From: Carcharhinus amblyrhynchos
Lineage: Eukaryota
Direction: 5' to 3'
DNA length: 64,000 bases
NCBI GenBank assembly: GCA_965287045.1
Contig: OZ336871.1
Location: 36,084,001-36,148,000, forward strand
The position numbers were made by a program, and so were the translations under genes. Positions 47,650 through 60,540 of this stretch are shown piece after piece. The notes under the pieces were generated by a model. That model was not told the DNA's origin and made no database searches. It saw nothing but the letters and a program-made list of their open reading frames with translations. Position 1 is the first letter of the stretch; each line of letters opens with the position of its first letter.

Positions 47650-48985
47650 ATGCTCCCCCTTCCCTGCTCCAAGGGTCTCATTGGCCACACCAAGATGATG
47701 GGCCTGGGTTGAGTGATTTGTCAAGGTGTGTAATGACATCTTGTTGTGATGCTGCTCTTGTACTGCTTATGTCTGTCTCCTGCTGTCTTCTGACTGCACG
47801 CAGACTCCTGGCCTGATGTCTGAGTGAGGATCAGGGGCATCATCAATTGGCCCAATGCTCCGGGGGTGTTGGGGGGGGGGTGGGGGGTGGGGGTGCAAGA
47901 TCTAGGGTTCAGTGAGTACAAATGATTCCAGACTATCTGTCACTGTGGGTCTCCATATCTCTGACTGTTGGGATTGATTTGTGGACCTGTAGGGGATGCT
48001 GAGTACAGATGGGAAGGAAAGTTCCCTGTGAGAAACGATCAAAGACAGAGGAGTTGCAATATTCTTTAATGGTGAATATTTACAGTGACAACTACCTTAT
48101 CCCTAACTATGATATCTGCCTTCACTCATGCCCTCTCGGTGCTGCCAAATCTTCTTAATCTTGCTCAGCTTAGCGCTACATCTAGGTGTCCTCCCAGGAT
48201 TCACATCAGAAGTGGAGGTGACTTGCTGTCTTCCGTGCCCTGTAGCCTGTGATGCCCTTTGAGGGTGTCCTCTGGAAGGCCAGAACCTGGGGGTGCCGCA
48301 GCCAACATTTGGCTAACACTGACGTAGCAGTGCTATCCTGAACTGCCCATTGCCCTTGAGATGCACCAATGTCAGGGGGGTGGGGGGACGGGGGGTAGGC
48401 ATGATTCAGAAGGGCTGGAGACTGCCTAAGTCTACAGGGTGGAAGGCCCTGGGATGGTCTCCAGCATTTCATCCTTCCTCAGGTTGCTCACGGGCTCCTG
48501 GATTACTCCATGGGACAGAGACGCAGCTGGAGTAAGGTCCAGAAGCCTCTGCATCGCTGCACAGGGTGGGAGGCCCACCCTGGATCATCCATAGTTTGCA
48601 AGACCTCAGTAATTACCCAGTAATTCGGACCAAACTCTTGAACCCCTCTGCAATTGTCCTCTGTGACTGGGCCATGCTCTTGAGGCCACAACCATGGTTC
48701 TCTGTGTCTGGATCATGCTCTCAGAGTCCTCAGCCATGGTTCTCTATGACTGGACTATGCTCTCAAGGCCCTTGGCCATGGTTCTCAAAGAGTGGGCCAT
48801 GTTCTTGAGGTCCTCAGCCATGGTTCTCAAAGACTGGACTATGCCTTGAACTCTGCCACCCATGGCTCCAAAATCATGCCTTAAGCTTTCCACCGCAGTG
48901 ATCACCCTCTCATTGTAGGCCAGGATGCCACACAATTCCTGTCCTGTACCTGAAGGTTTTGGGACTCCTCCAAGCACCCTTGCAG
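47650..48985 (-). mobile_element. Harbinger second-ORF region (tail-to-tail with the transposase) including a heptad-repeat coding tract
   Basis: ORF 48744-48977 IVQSLRTMAEDLKNMAHSLRTMAKGLESIVQS arises from a 21/42-bp tandem repeat at 48660-48850; position opposite the transposase. Confidence 0.55.
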
Positions 48986-48989
48986 CTGC

Positions 48990-51645
48990 TAGAATGCATG
49001 ATTTATTAAATGTAAAACAATCATGGGATTGGACAATATAATGTAAGAAAGCATATCAGGATGTCAAAGGTGTTTTGCAGAAGTCTGAAGTATTGGTTCA
49101 TTTTAATCCAAAGTTACCATTACTGCTTACTTTGAAAGCTTCTCCTTATGGAGTAGATGCAGTCATTTCACATATTATGGCTTTTGCTTCACATACTCTG
49201 GCTAGTGATGAATCTAACCAGCCTCTGCTAGAAAAACATTGAGTATAATTTTTGGTATACGATGTTTTCGTCATTATTTATATGATCATCATTTCACATT
49301 ATTGACTGATCATTGACTCTTGACTACTATTTTTAGACTGTATAAGACCACAAGACCAAAAGACCATAAGACATAGGAGCAGAATTAGGCCACTCGGCCC
49401 ATCAAACTTGCACCACCATTCAATCATAGCTGATTATTTTTCTCATCCCCATTCTCCTACCTTTTCCCCATAACCCCGATTCCCTTATTAGTCAAGAACC
49501 TATCTATCTCTGTCTTAAAGATAGGTTGCCTCCACAGCCTTCTGCTGCAAAGCGTTCCATAGATTCAGTACTCTCTGGCTGAAGAAATTCCTCCTCATCT
49601 CTGTTTTAAAGGATTGTCCCTTTAGCTTGAGGTTGTGCACTCTGGTTCTAGTTTTTCCTCCTTGTGGAAACATCCTCTCCATGTCCACTCTATCCAGGCC
49701 TCGCAATATCCTGTAAGTTTCAATAAGATCTCCCCTCATCGTTCTAAGCTCCGACAATTACAGACCCAGAGTCCTCAACCATTCCTCACATGTGACAAGC
49801 TCTTCATTCCAGGGATCATTCTTGTGAACCTCCTCTGGACCCTTTCCAAGGCCACCACATCCCTCCTTAGATATGGGGCCCAAAACTGCTCACAATCCTC
49901 CAAATGGGATAAACCCATACTATCTTTAGCTGCTAGCAAAAATGATCACTGATCTTATCTGCACACTTGAACAAAATAAAGTATCATTAATCAGAGTACC
50001 ATGCTAATACTAGTGCATTATCATGCTTACCTTTACCTGTTGACAAGATAGCACCAACTAGTTTTGCTAATATTCTCTATTTTTCACTAGTGCCTGTGAC
50101 AGCTTCTCAAATTCAGAGACATACCAGAAATAATCCTGCGATGAGGGAGGTCTGTTGTGGGGAATCCAAATAATCATTCCTTCTAGGTTGTGTGGAAGAA
50201 TCCTTGAACAATCTCATAAAGGACATCCTGGTGTAATCCAGATGAAGGAATTAACATGTAGTTATTTTGGTGGTTGGGTCTGGATGCTCAGATCGAAGAA
50301 AAAGTGCGCCGATTTCAATCCTCCGCACGAATAATAAATATACTATTGGTGTTTCCTTTATGCTCTTCGGAGTGACCTAAAATGCCATGGCAACAATTGC
50401 ATGTAGATTTTGCTGGTCTGCTTGAGGGTACATGTTCTCAAAATGACCAGAAGCTGTTATCATGAGATCTATTATATCTGAACAACCCATTGAAAAACTT
50501 GACAACACTTTTGCAAGATTTTGTAAACTGGAACAGATAGTTAGTGATAATGGTTCACTATTTACTTCACAAGAGATTGTGGATTACCTCAAAGTAAATG
50601 TTATTCAACGTATAAAATCCACATCTTATTATCCATCAACCAATGGATTAGCTGAAAGATTTGTACAATCCTTGAAACGTTATTTAAAATCTTCAAAAGA
50701 GCAAAGTTTTGTTATCTTCTCATGTGAATAGCTCTTTGGCATCTTATAGAAACACTATTCATGCAACTACCTGAAGTTCACCTGCATTACTATTAAAGAG
50801 AAAGTTGAGAACTACATTTGATTTGTTCCTACCTTCAGAAACTTCAGAGATAGCAGAGCATCAACAACAATCTCAAGTCGTTAGATGAGAAGTGAGGCAA
50901 AACAATGCTTATTTTAACAAGGAGATTGAATGTTGCTACGTGATTATGCCACAAATGAGAAATGGGTTCTGGCCATAGTTTTAACAAGACGGTTCCAATT
51001 TCTTACACAGTTCAAATCAAAGATGAACCAGTTTGGCAATGCCATGCTGATCAATTGTTATAATCGCAAAATGATTTCGCAAAATCATCTCCAGAAGTAC
51101 CTTTAGCCCCTGGTGTTGTGAATACTACTGCAGAAGACTTAGTTGAGTCTGAGTTGCCTGATGATTGTGTTTTAGCTACTATTCCACATGTGAGTAATGC
51201 AGAATTAGTTCAAGAGAATCAGTGTCTCCTGAAGTTCCAAATCATACTTCTACAGTCAAGGCCAGGCAAATTCCAGAACATTGCATACAACCAAAAAGGA
51301 ATAGACATCCTCCTGATTGACTTTAATGTTTACTGTGCATAGTAATTAATGATGCATTGTACTCTGTCTAGAGTATTATTGATCCTATGGATAATAGTGT
51401 AGTAATTGGTTGTCATGATCACAGAAGTAAAAGGGGAGGGCGTTTTCTATTTAAGAGGTTGCATGATTGCTTTAAGAGCTCATCATGTGATTTGACGATG
51501 ATGATGTTGTTAAGGTGTTTCATTAGCCCCTGTTTAGTTTTCAGTTTCTTTCTTGTGAGGGCAACAGCTTCTACAATAAATTTTTTTGTTGTTATTTTGA
51601 ATCTCTGTGTGCAAACGTTTTATTTTTGTGTAAAACCCACAACCC
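48990..51645 (+). mobile_element. Decayed Ty3/Gypsy element: RNase H, integrase, PPT and probable short 3' LTR (about 51441-51645)
   Basis: ASPYGVDAVISH (RNase H); WQQLHVDFAG and IVSDNGSLFTS...YYPSTNGLAERFVQSLK (integrase); aaaaggggaggg PPT at 51429-51440; aataaa at 51575. Confidence 0.85.
49345..49905 (-). mobile_element. CR1 3' part nested in the Gypsy pol
   Basis: ORF 49515-49757 MRGDLIETY...RNFFSQRVLNLWNAL; (aagaccat)-type tail. Confidence 0.9.
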
Positions 51646-52724
51646 CTAATATGGTTAGGATATTACAGAAAGGAACTGAGATAGCTTGCTAAAACAAAAT
51701 TGCTGGATTGGTCACGCAAATGAAAAAACAGAGCCTGTATTGAAAAGCTCCATGCAAGACCTATTTGGAACTGTACAAAGTTAAAATGTAGCAATAAAAT
51801 TGTTTGGGAGCGATCTTACTGGCTTGATCTGCCGGTCGATTGGTGTGGCGAGCTGGTAAGATCACGCCAGAGTTGAAAAATTGGATTTGCACTCGGTTTC
51901 TCACCTCTTGTGTTGATACCAGCACTGAATTGTTGCTGCAATCAGCCTCATGCCTGGGAAAATGATTAAAATATTAGTAGTAACTTGATTATTGAAGATT
52001 ATAACTTAAATATTATTACTGAGCCCAGGATGGAATAAGCTTTTGGCTTCTTGTGCAGTTAAAGATGTATTCTCAGAAAGTGAATGGTCCCTGGTTGATC
52101 TGTCCAGCAGCACTAATTTAGAAAATTATCTCCTTCGCATAAACATAGTTTAATATAAATAAGAAATTAAAAGGTAAAGCAACATTTTGTTATCTGGATT
52201 TAAATCCAATATAGACTTTTCATGAACTGAGGATGGATCAAAGAAATGTACCAATAGATTAACTTCCTTAGAATTGCTGCACTTACATAGCACGTTTGCT
52301 TGTCAGCACTTCCCATTCAAAATAGTACAATGTTGAACATCAGTAGTTAAACTGCTTTCTGAGACTTGTCATTACCTCCCACCAATAAACTGACAGAGGA
52401 TTTGTACTGGTGGATATCATGTGATGTGCAATTGCTCAATTGGGACAAATCACACTAATCTTACTTTGTGCTGAGTTTGCAAAGAATGTTACATTAGCTG
52501 TGACACAATAGCAACTCAAGCTCAACCCTATCACTAAATCATGACACCAGCCATGTGTAAGCAGGTATGGGTCTCTTGGATTTTACCAAATCCAGTGCAT
52601 AACTCGACTAATTTTAATGTACCAGCATACTTTGAGAAACCAAAGGCGATGTTATTGGGCAACTCCTATAAAAGGAAATTGTTAGGTTTCAAGCTACTCT
52701 TAATAATCTATGTAAGATTACATA

Positions 52725-53310
52725 GGATAGAAGGTGTAGTAACAAATCATCTGGGTCTGTCAGTCCATGTGAGTGTTTACTCCATTTGAATCTACTCTTA
52801 TCTTCCCTCATCTAAATCTAGCATTATAACCCTCTATTACCTTCACCTTCATGTTTGTTTAGCATTCATACAATTCTCTTCAACCACTCCCTGTGGTGAT
52901 GAATCCCACATTCTCACCACTCCTTTGACAAAGGTATTTCTTCTGAATTTCCCATTGGCTTCATGGTGACCATCTTATATTGATGATCTTTAGTTACATT
53001 TTTCCCCACAAGTAGAAGCATTCTCTTTTTATCTGCTCAATCTGCTTTAATAATTTTAAAGATCTGTATCAGGTCATCCCTCAGCCTTCTTTTCCCAAGA
53101 GAATGGAGACCCATATTGGTCATTGTTTCAGGATATCGATCCCAACACATTTTTGGCATTACCCCTGTTCATCTTCTCTGTACCCTCTCCAGTGCTTCTA
53201 TATAGCTTTATAATATAGTGAACAGGATTGTGCACAGTATACTAAGTGTGCTTGCCAAGGTTAGATACAGGTTCACCAGAACTTTCCTACTTTTCAGTTC
53301 TTTCCCTCTC
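52725..53310 (-). mobile_element. Old CR1 3' region
   Basis: Reverse-complement CR1 words (ctctgtaccctctccagtgc, tcaggtcatccctcagcctt). Confidence 0.65.
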
Positions 53311-53314
53311 GATA

Positions 53315-54183
53315 TATGTTCTATCAAAAGGACAGGCAGATGGGCAAATGGGGCAGGATTGCATTGTTAGTAAGGAACAAAGTTAAATTGATAGCAAGAA
53401 GTGATATAGGATTAGAAGGCATAGAATCTCTGTGGGTAGAGTTGAGGAATCACAAAGGTAAAAAGACCCTGATGGGAGTTATGTACAGGCCCCCTAACAG
53501 TAGTCAGGATGTGGACAGAAAATAAATCAGGAGATAGAAAAGGCATTTAAAAAAGGCAATATTATAATAATCATGGGGGACTTCAATATGCAGGTAGACT
53601 GGGAAAATGAGGTAGGTAGTGGATCTCAGAAAAGGAATTTGTGGAATGTCTAAGGGATGGTTTTTTGGAACAGCTTGTGACAGAGCCTACTAGGGAACAT
53701 GCAATTCTCAATTTGGTGAGGTTTAATGAGGCAGACTTGATTAGCGAACTTAAGATGAAGGAACCCTCAGGGAGCAGTGACCACAATATGATAGAATTTA
53801 CCCTGCGGTTTGAGAGGGAGAAGCTGGAATCAGATGTAGCCGTATTACAACTAAATAAGGTAGCTACAAAAACATGAGGGAGGAGCTGGCCAGAGTTGAT
53901 TGGAAAGGGAGCCTAGCAGGGAAGACAGTGGAAAAGCAATGGCAGGAGTTTTTGGGGGTTATTCGAGAGGCACAAGAGAAATTCATCCCAAGGAGGAGGA
54001 AACATGCTAAGGGGAGGACAAGGCATCCATGGCTGTCAAGGGAAGTCTAGGACAGCATAAAAGCAAAAGAAAACGCATACAAAGTGGCGAGGATTAGAGG
54101 GAAGCCAAAGGAAGCCTTTAAAAGCCAGCAGAGGACAAATAAGAAAGCAGTAAGGGGGGAGAAGATGAAATATGAGTGTAAGC
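53315..54183 (+). mobile_element. CR1 ORF2 endonuclease region, cut by the ERV LTR
   Basis: ESLWVEL...MGVMYRPPNS, IIMGDFN, FLEQLVTEPTR and GSSDHNMI (APE endonuclease). Confidence 0.92.
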
Positions 54184-54959
54184 TGTGGTGCCTGCCACAC
54201 AGTCTGTTTTAACCCTTATACAGTGGACAAATAACTGTGAGTCGACATCTTGTTAGTACAACCAATATTTATTTAAGGCACACAATCAATAATCACCCAC
54301 CCAACCAACAATAAGTTATCTTACAGAAAATACTGGGGTTCAAGTCCAATACAAGATTTTGACTTAACTTTGCATGACTGACAAGTACCTTAGTAGATAT
54401 TGGCCTTTATCTGTGTGTTGATCTAGTCGTCCTCTGCGTAGTTTGGTCCTTTGGTCTGGTCTGGCACTCTGGCGCTGGACTTCCTTCCTTCTCGGGTATG
54501 GTAGCTCTCCTCGTGCCGATCATCACTGGTGATGGTCACCGTTGCTGTAGCTCATTGATGGGGTCAGAGAGAGAGAGATTCTTGGTTTTGCAGCATCCTT
54601 TATATCCCGTTAGGTTTCATGGCCCTTTTGGCCATTGCCAATCAATCGATCAGGGCTTGATCACCCTGATCGATAAAGTCCAATTGGGTGCTGCCACACC
54701 AATCTCTGGGTGTGCCCCCAACGGCCATGCTAGGAGCATGTAGAATACACAGCTCTCTCCCAAATAAGGGGCTACAGCACCCCTATGTCTGGTAAACAAC
54801 CCAGTTTGACCAGAAAGTCTCTTTTATCTGTGTGTTCACTTGCCTGGGTTGCAGCCTGTTTATTTCTGTCTTTTAGGCTGCAGCCTGTTGTTTTAGTTCT
54901 TGCCAAATTGTCCCAGAGTGCTTTACAAATCGCCATTTTAGATAGCCCATTTGGCCATA
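54184..54959 (-). mobile_element. ERV 3' LTR (about 776 bp)
   Basis: On the minus strand: PPT aaagggggga (54961-54970), 5' end tatgg (likely mutated tgtgg), TATAAA near 54599-54604, AATAAA near 54268-54273 and 3' end ccaca. Confidence 0.82.
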
Positions 54960-55131
54960 GTCCCCCCTTTGATCCTGAACGTGAAGCGTGATGGATCACA
55001 AACTCAGGACCAGTATCTGTCAGGAATTTCCCAGTCACTCAACAATCAAGTAAGGCCCAGGCATTGGCCTGAACAGTAATAATACATTCCTACAACATAT
55101 GCCAGAAGCTACAGACAACTACACACTACAC

Positions 55132-55237
55132 GTAAGTGGAACTGAGCCACTTCAGATCAGCCATGATCTTATTGAATGGCAGAGCAAACTCGAGGGGCTA
55201 GGTGGCCTACTCCTGCTCCTGTTTCTTATGTTCTTAT
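55132..55237 (+). mobile_element. CR1 3'UTR tail inserted between env and the LTR
   Basis: gtaagtggaactgagcc...ggcctactcctgctcctgtttcttatgttcttat. Confidence 0.88.
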
Positions 55238-55479
55238 TAAATGTAAACAACCTCATATTCTAAACCTCATTGTTACGATGAGCTAGTTACCCACAAATAC
55301 AGACAATCAGATATTCCAAACAACGTTATTACAATAAACTAATTATAATCCAACATTCAAACAAACATTAGAATCAAGTATTCACAGATCTGAGGCACAT
55401 TTTGGGAGTAGGATTTCCAATGGCTCATTAGTACAAATCGCAAAATGTCAGGCTTCCTGTAAACATTGCTCTACTGAAT

Positions 55480-56510
55480 TAGAGGGGACCATGGTTCAAG
55501 GGCAGACCCTACGTTCTGCCTCCGGGTGATCCACTTTTTCCATCAGCTGAATTGGACGGTGAGGATGATCAGATATACCAGGATGAACAAGATCAGTCCT
55601 ACAGCCAGGTGTGACATTATGCCAACAAAGGGATGGATTTGGATGTTTGAGCCTCAGTTCCAAAGGTCATCCCACCAAGGGGTGACTTTAATTTCTTTAA
55701 TTCTCCTTTTCACCTCTTGGGTCTGCTGTATTACTTCGGTGAAGGTTCTGTGGGCTGTAGCCAATTTTATTCTGAAGCCACACAGAGCGTGTAAACTGGG
55801 TATGGGCATGCGATTATTTCGTCACTTTGCTGATGTCTGTTCAGAGTAGTGCCCATGAGCCTCCTTTTTCCCTCCACTGCATATGGTAAAGTGCCGTCGT
55901 GCCCTATCCAGATACCTTCATGGATAGTCCCTATATTCTCCATTTCAAAGACCTCAATCCAACCCGGTCGTCAGTAATTATGGGGAGCCCTAATATCATT
56001 CCCAGGGCTTTCCCTTTGCAGTCGTCATTGAACCAGACATTGATCATCTGTCGCATCTGGCAGCCAGATAACTCAGGGTGTTTTTAACCTGTAAAAAGTG
56101 TTCCATCTGTTCGTCATTAATCCAAGATGGAACCTGTCCACTGCTTACCTCCTCTAGGTTTTCCATTAACTGTTCTATCATCCACTGCATTACATAAAGC
56201 CCAGTCCTGTTGTTGGTCATCATCCTCTAATTTTTCCCTGATAATTTGATTGATTGTCTTGGCATGTGTTTCTGTTACAGCTACCATGTGGCTGCTGGCT
56301 GTGTTCCCAGTCAGTTCCCCTTCAGCACCTTGCTGATTGTCCTCATTGATAGAATTTAGTGTCTGTTTATCCTGTTGAGTCAGAACCTTAAGCTTATTGT
56401 CCAGGTCAGTTAAATCAAAGACGTTGATGGTTGCTACTCCTGCCCCATATGCTGCGGCCATGTCATTGACTAATTCCCTCCTGGATCTTTCCTGTCTTTC
56501 ATCCACTCCA
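55480..56510 (-). pseudogene. env: Retroviral env remnant (TM subunit), tentatively snakehead-retrovirus/Ovex1-like
   Basis: Furin site RSRR followed by ELVNDMAAAYGAGVATINVFDLTDLDNKL, a heptad region, WALC, then PWWDDLWN*G and the hydrophobic anchor LAVGLILFILVYLIILTV; lies upstream of the PPT and LTR. Confidence 0.75.
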
Positions 56511-56519
56511 TCCTAATAG

Positions 56520-56965
56520 TTGATCTCTTCTCCTCCACACTCTTTAGAGTTGTACCCTTTGTTTTAGATTGTCTCTCTCCATGTCCTTCCCACCAAAATG
56601 AATCACCTTACTTGTCAGGATTTAACTTCATTTGCCACCTGTCTGCCCATTCTATGTATTTGTCTATGCCCTTTGAAGTTCTATGCTATGCACCCCGCAC
56701 CCCCCCCACAGCTCATTATGTTTCCAAGTTTTATATCATCTGCAAATTTTGAAATTGTGCCTGTATACCAAGGTCTAAGTCATTAATATATAAGGAAAAG
56801 CAAGGCTCCCAATACCGACACCTGTGGAATCTCCAGTATACTTCCTCCAGGGTGAAAAACATCCACTAACCATTATTCTCTCCTCCCTGTCAGTCAGCCA
56901 CTTTTATTCCATAAACTTTGCTCATGACATTGTATCAAATGCCTTTTGGGGATCCATGTATACCA
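56520..56965 (-). mobile_element. Old CR1 RT fragment
   Basis: tatcatctgcaaatt (reverse complement of the FADD motif) and tatcaaatgccttttgg (reverse complement of KAFD). Confidence 0.7.
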
Positions 56966-57549
56966 CATGGAATTGCCTTCACTCTTTCCCTAATAATACA
57001 GTGGAATCTTTGATACAGTTCCCACCATTTACAGCAGGCATGTTGGTGCTGACACAACTTGTTCACCATATGCATTGGAAAGTTATATGCAATCCAACTT
57101 GCAATTGCTTTGGAACACCTGTGATGATGAATCACAGATCTTCAATCCTTTCACAAACTGCCTCATTACCAATCTAACAAAATACTGGATGGTTCTTGAC
57201 CTGATGTTGACATTATTCCTTTTGATGATATGTGTGTGAAGTGGTTAATTTCTCATCCTGTATGGTGGATAGTTTATACAAATTTGATCTCACTGACGCT
57301 GTCTGTGGTTAAAATAATTGAAGGGTGATCTAGATAATTTGTGATTATATGTTGATGACTATAACCTGGCACACTTTGATCAGATTAAATTTAAGGTGTG
57401 AACTACATATTGAGCACCTGTGCTTGCCCAAAGCAGCCAGCATGTTTAACACAATGACAACTTTGAGTTGACAAAAATAGTAATGGAAATTAGAGCTACT
57501 TGCTGAATTTAAATGCGAATAGTTTAAGTAGTGAGTTTATGTTTGCACA

Positions 57550-57680
57550 AGGGGCAAATTTACCTGTTCTGCTCACCACGGGAACCGTAGTGGGCAAGGG
57601 GTGGATGACGGGAAGGTCTGTTGACCTCGGGTGAAATTTTCCAGTTTTGGGGCAAATATGGCCAGAAAATCCCGCCCAGG
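57550..57680. mobile_element. About 130-bp MITE-like element
   Basis: Imperfect TIRs gggcaaattt...aaatcccgccc (GGGC/GCCC ends typical of PIF/Harbinger); similar short elements at 23660-23790 and 61410-61590. Confidence 0.45.
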
Positions 57681-57879
57681 CTCTCTGCGTACATGATGGG
57701 CAGCACGGCTGGCAATACAGCAACCCCTCAGTATGGTGTCAGCTAAGAAAGCGTACTGAAGCCTGTAACAAGCCTTCGATTCCAAGTTGAAGGTATTACC
57801 ACCTGCATGATTTCAGCTCACTGGAATTAATTCTCATCTTCATCTTCAAGCATTGCCAGAGCTGAGCGTAGGGAGTAAG

Positions 57880-58170
57880 ATCTAGCCAAGACTCCTTCAA
57901 CAGCACATTCCAAACCCACGACCTCTATATCATGAAGAACAAGGCGCAGTTGAATGGGAACAACACCACCTGCATTGCCCCCTCCAAGACACACACCATC
58001 CTGACATATTGCTGTTCCTTCACTGTTGCTGGGTCAAAATCCTGAAACTCTCTTAACAACTCTGTGAGTGCATGTACATCACATGGGCTGCCATGGTTCA
58101 ATCAGGTGACTCACCACCACCTTCCCAAGGGCAATAAATGCTGACTTGGCCAGCAACATCCACATCACAT
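57880..58170 (+). mobile_element. LINE 3' end (CR1/L2-group family distinct from the main CR1)
   Basis: ccttcactgttgctgggtcaaaatcctg...ctcaccaccaccttcccaagggcaataaatgctg; same family as 61770-62990 (-). Confidence 0.65.
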
Positions 58171-58399
58171 GGTTGATTTGTATCAGCAGTGAACATTTCA
58201 CTGAGCACCCAACTTGACCATGACGGACATGCATAGCTTCACACTTGACAACTGCCAGGTGTCTGAGGGATGGACTTTTGACTGCAAGCCTGAGTGACAT
58301 TGGCAAGATAATGCAGTTGTATGTTCACCAAGTTTATGTATGCACTACATAGCAAATAGAGACCAATACATGCATCAGGCAATTTTATATGGTGTGTTT

Positions 58400-60540
58400 A
58401 CAGGAAATGGGAAGGGTATACTTAACAATGTGAGATATAATACCACATGTGAAGCCATCAGCTATTGAATCACTGTGGTGCCTTACATTTGTAATGCAGA
58501 CATTTGTATATGGCGTCCCCCAAATCTCTCCACCAGCCCCCACCATCCGGCTGCACCATCGTAACCTGCTCACCTTTCTGTCTGTAAGGCATTGAGCGGG
58601 ATTGTGACCATTCTGTCCAAGCCATCCATTTGGGACCTACCTGAGACTGTGGGCTCTGTAGTTTTGCAAGTCACTGGAGCATATACCACAATGAGGACTC
58701 TGGCAGAGAGGCTAGGGACACCATGGAAGATATGTTTGCAGAACTGCCTCATGCTCCTCTATATCTTTCTCTGCCCTGCTTGGCTTTCTGGAGGGTTGGA
58801 TTCGGTGGCCTACTGGGATATAGCAGTCATTCATCCCAGCATCCATTGTGCCAACGGCAAGAATGTCCTGCTATGGGTACACAGCTCATTAAAAAGTCTG
58901 ACAACACCAGGTTTTAGTCCAACCTATTTATTTTAATATTATCAAATAAATAGGTTGGACTAAAACCTGGTGTTGTCAGACTTTTTACTGTGTTTACGCC
59001 AGTCCAACGCCGGCATACCCACATCATGACTACACAGCTCATACCCTGAATGGCCTTCACCAGGCTATTAAGTGAGCTATGTTCTCTTTGCAGGAATATG
59101 TTCTCACTTGCATCCACCGGGAGTGATGTTGTCTGTGAGTCTCCAGGAACAGAGGATATAGAGGCAGGAGTATGCAATTCAGCCTCTTCTACCTGGCCAT
59201 TCTCTCATGGTTAGAGCTCATGTGGTCTAGTCCTCCAGACAAGATTGAGCTCTTCATCACCATGGACTCCTCCACTCGCCCAAGCATGCATTGCCTTGGG
59301 CAACTCAGCCAGATGTCTGCACACATGCTTGAAGCATTGCGCTCCATGAGGCCCCACCTCTATGCCAGCTGAAGTATCATTGTCATTCTCCCTTTTTCAT
59401 AGATAGAGCTGAGTCTAACACCTCTTCCTGCACTCTGGTGCAGTGCCCTTCGCCACATGCAGCTGACTGTAAACATGCACTACTTTCCTCCACAGCACTA
59501 ATACCTGTATTGTTGGATTGTGGACTGGTATGATGGAATCATGGTCCCTTGAACATCTCTTCCTGATGCCTGAGGGAGGTTCTGGCTCTTTGGGGGTGGG
59601 GGCAGAGGAAACGTGGTGATGTGATCTGTTTGAGACACAACAATTGCTGTAATCTTTGCTCAGTGTAAGCGCACATGCAGTTACATACAGGTCATTATCA
59701 AAAATGAACAGAAGTCTTGGCACGGAACCCTTCCCTCATGCTCTATCAGGCACCAAATGCCCATTGTGCTCTGTGCACCTCCCCACTGCTGAAAACCATC
59801 ACTCCCACCAGGAAACCCTGACAGAAGGTGCTGAGAACACCATGGGCACTTGTTATGGGTATTTGGCTCTCCTATACTGACCTGGGAAGGCACATGCACA
59901 ATCTCCCTGTCCTCTCTCTCACTGGATGAATCAGCCCCAGGTTTGCATACCCACCTCTGATCTGGGCTATCACTGTAGCATTTAGAGCTTTTTTCTCCTG
60001 CAAGTGAAAAATGAAGACAAATTGAGGGATACTGAAATCTACATGCATGATCTATGTGGCCATGTGTCAAAGTGGACATTCAGATGCTTGGATATTTCTG
60101 CTTGGACATACATGAATGTCATGTCCATTCAGTCATCCTATTTTAACATACACCTGATGATTCAGTCATCTGAGACCCAGAGCAGAGGCATATGTGTGTT
60201 TCAGTCAAATAGCTCAACTAGCCTGAGCACAACAACTCATTGTGGGCTTGAACCCACATTTGGACATACTTGTCTAATGCACTCACCACAGCAACAGTTG
60301 CCTGCCATGCTCTTTGTGCAATGGCAAAAAGGTTCCTTCTGTCTTTTAGATACAGGGTACTCTGTCCTTCGACCTCCTGCACCAGGATCTCTAAGTCCTG
60401 ATCCAATACCCATGTGCAGCAACCACCACCACCACCCCCAGAACCTTCTTCCTGAGCAGTGCACAGGCATGTTATTGGGGGATGTATTTGTCAATTGAGT
60501 GGACTGTGTTTGTGTGTGAGTATCCCAGGATAACATGGTG
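58400..60540. mobile_element. Second decayed PIF/Harbinger element: transposase C-terminus (+, about 58400-58880) and Myb/SANT gene (-, to about 60410)
   Basis: TTMRTLAERLG...CL...GGLLGY on the plus strand. ORF 60218-60406 DQDLEILVQEVEG...QRAWQ...AHNEL is a Myb/SANT trihelix on the minus strand. Confidence 0.65.
58890..59030. mobile_element. 141-bp Penelope-derived fold-back insert with 12-bp flanking direct repeat
   Basis: Perfect 44-bp inverted repeat (58890-58933 and 58944-58987); flanked by tacacagctcat (58878-58889 and 59031-59042). Confidence 0.85.
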
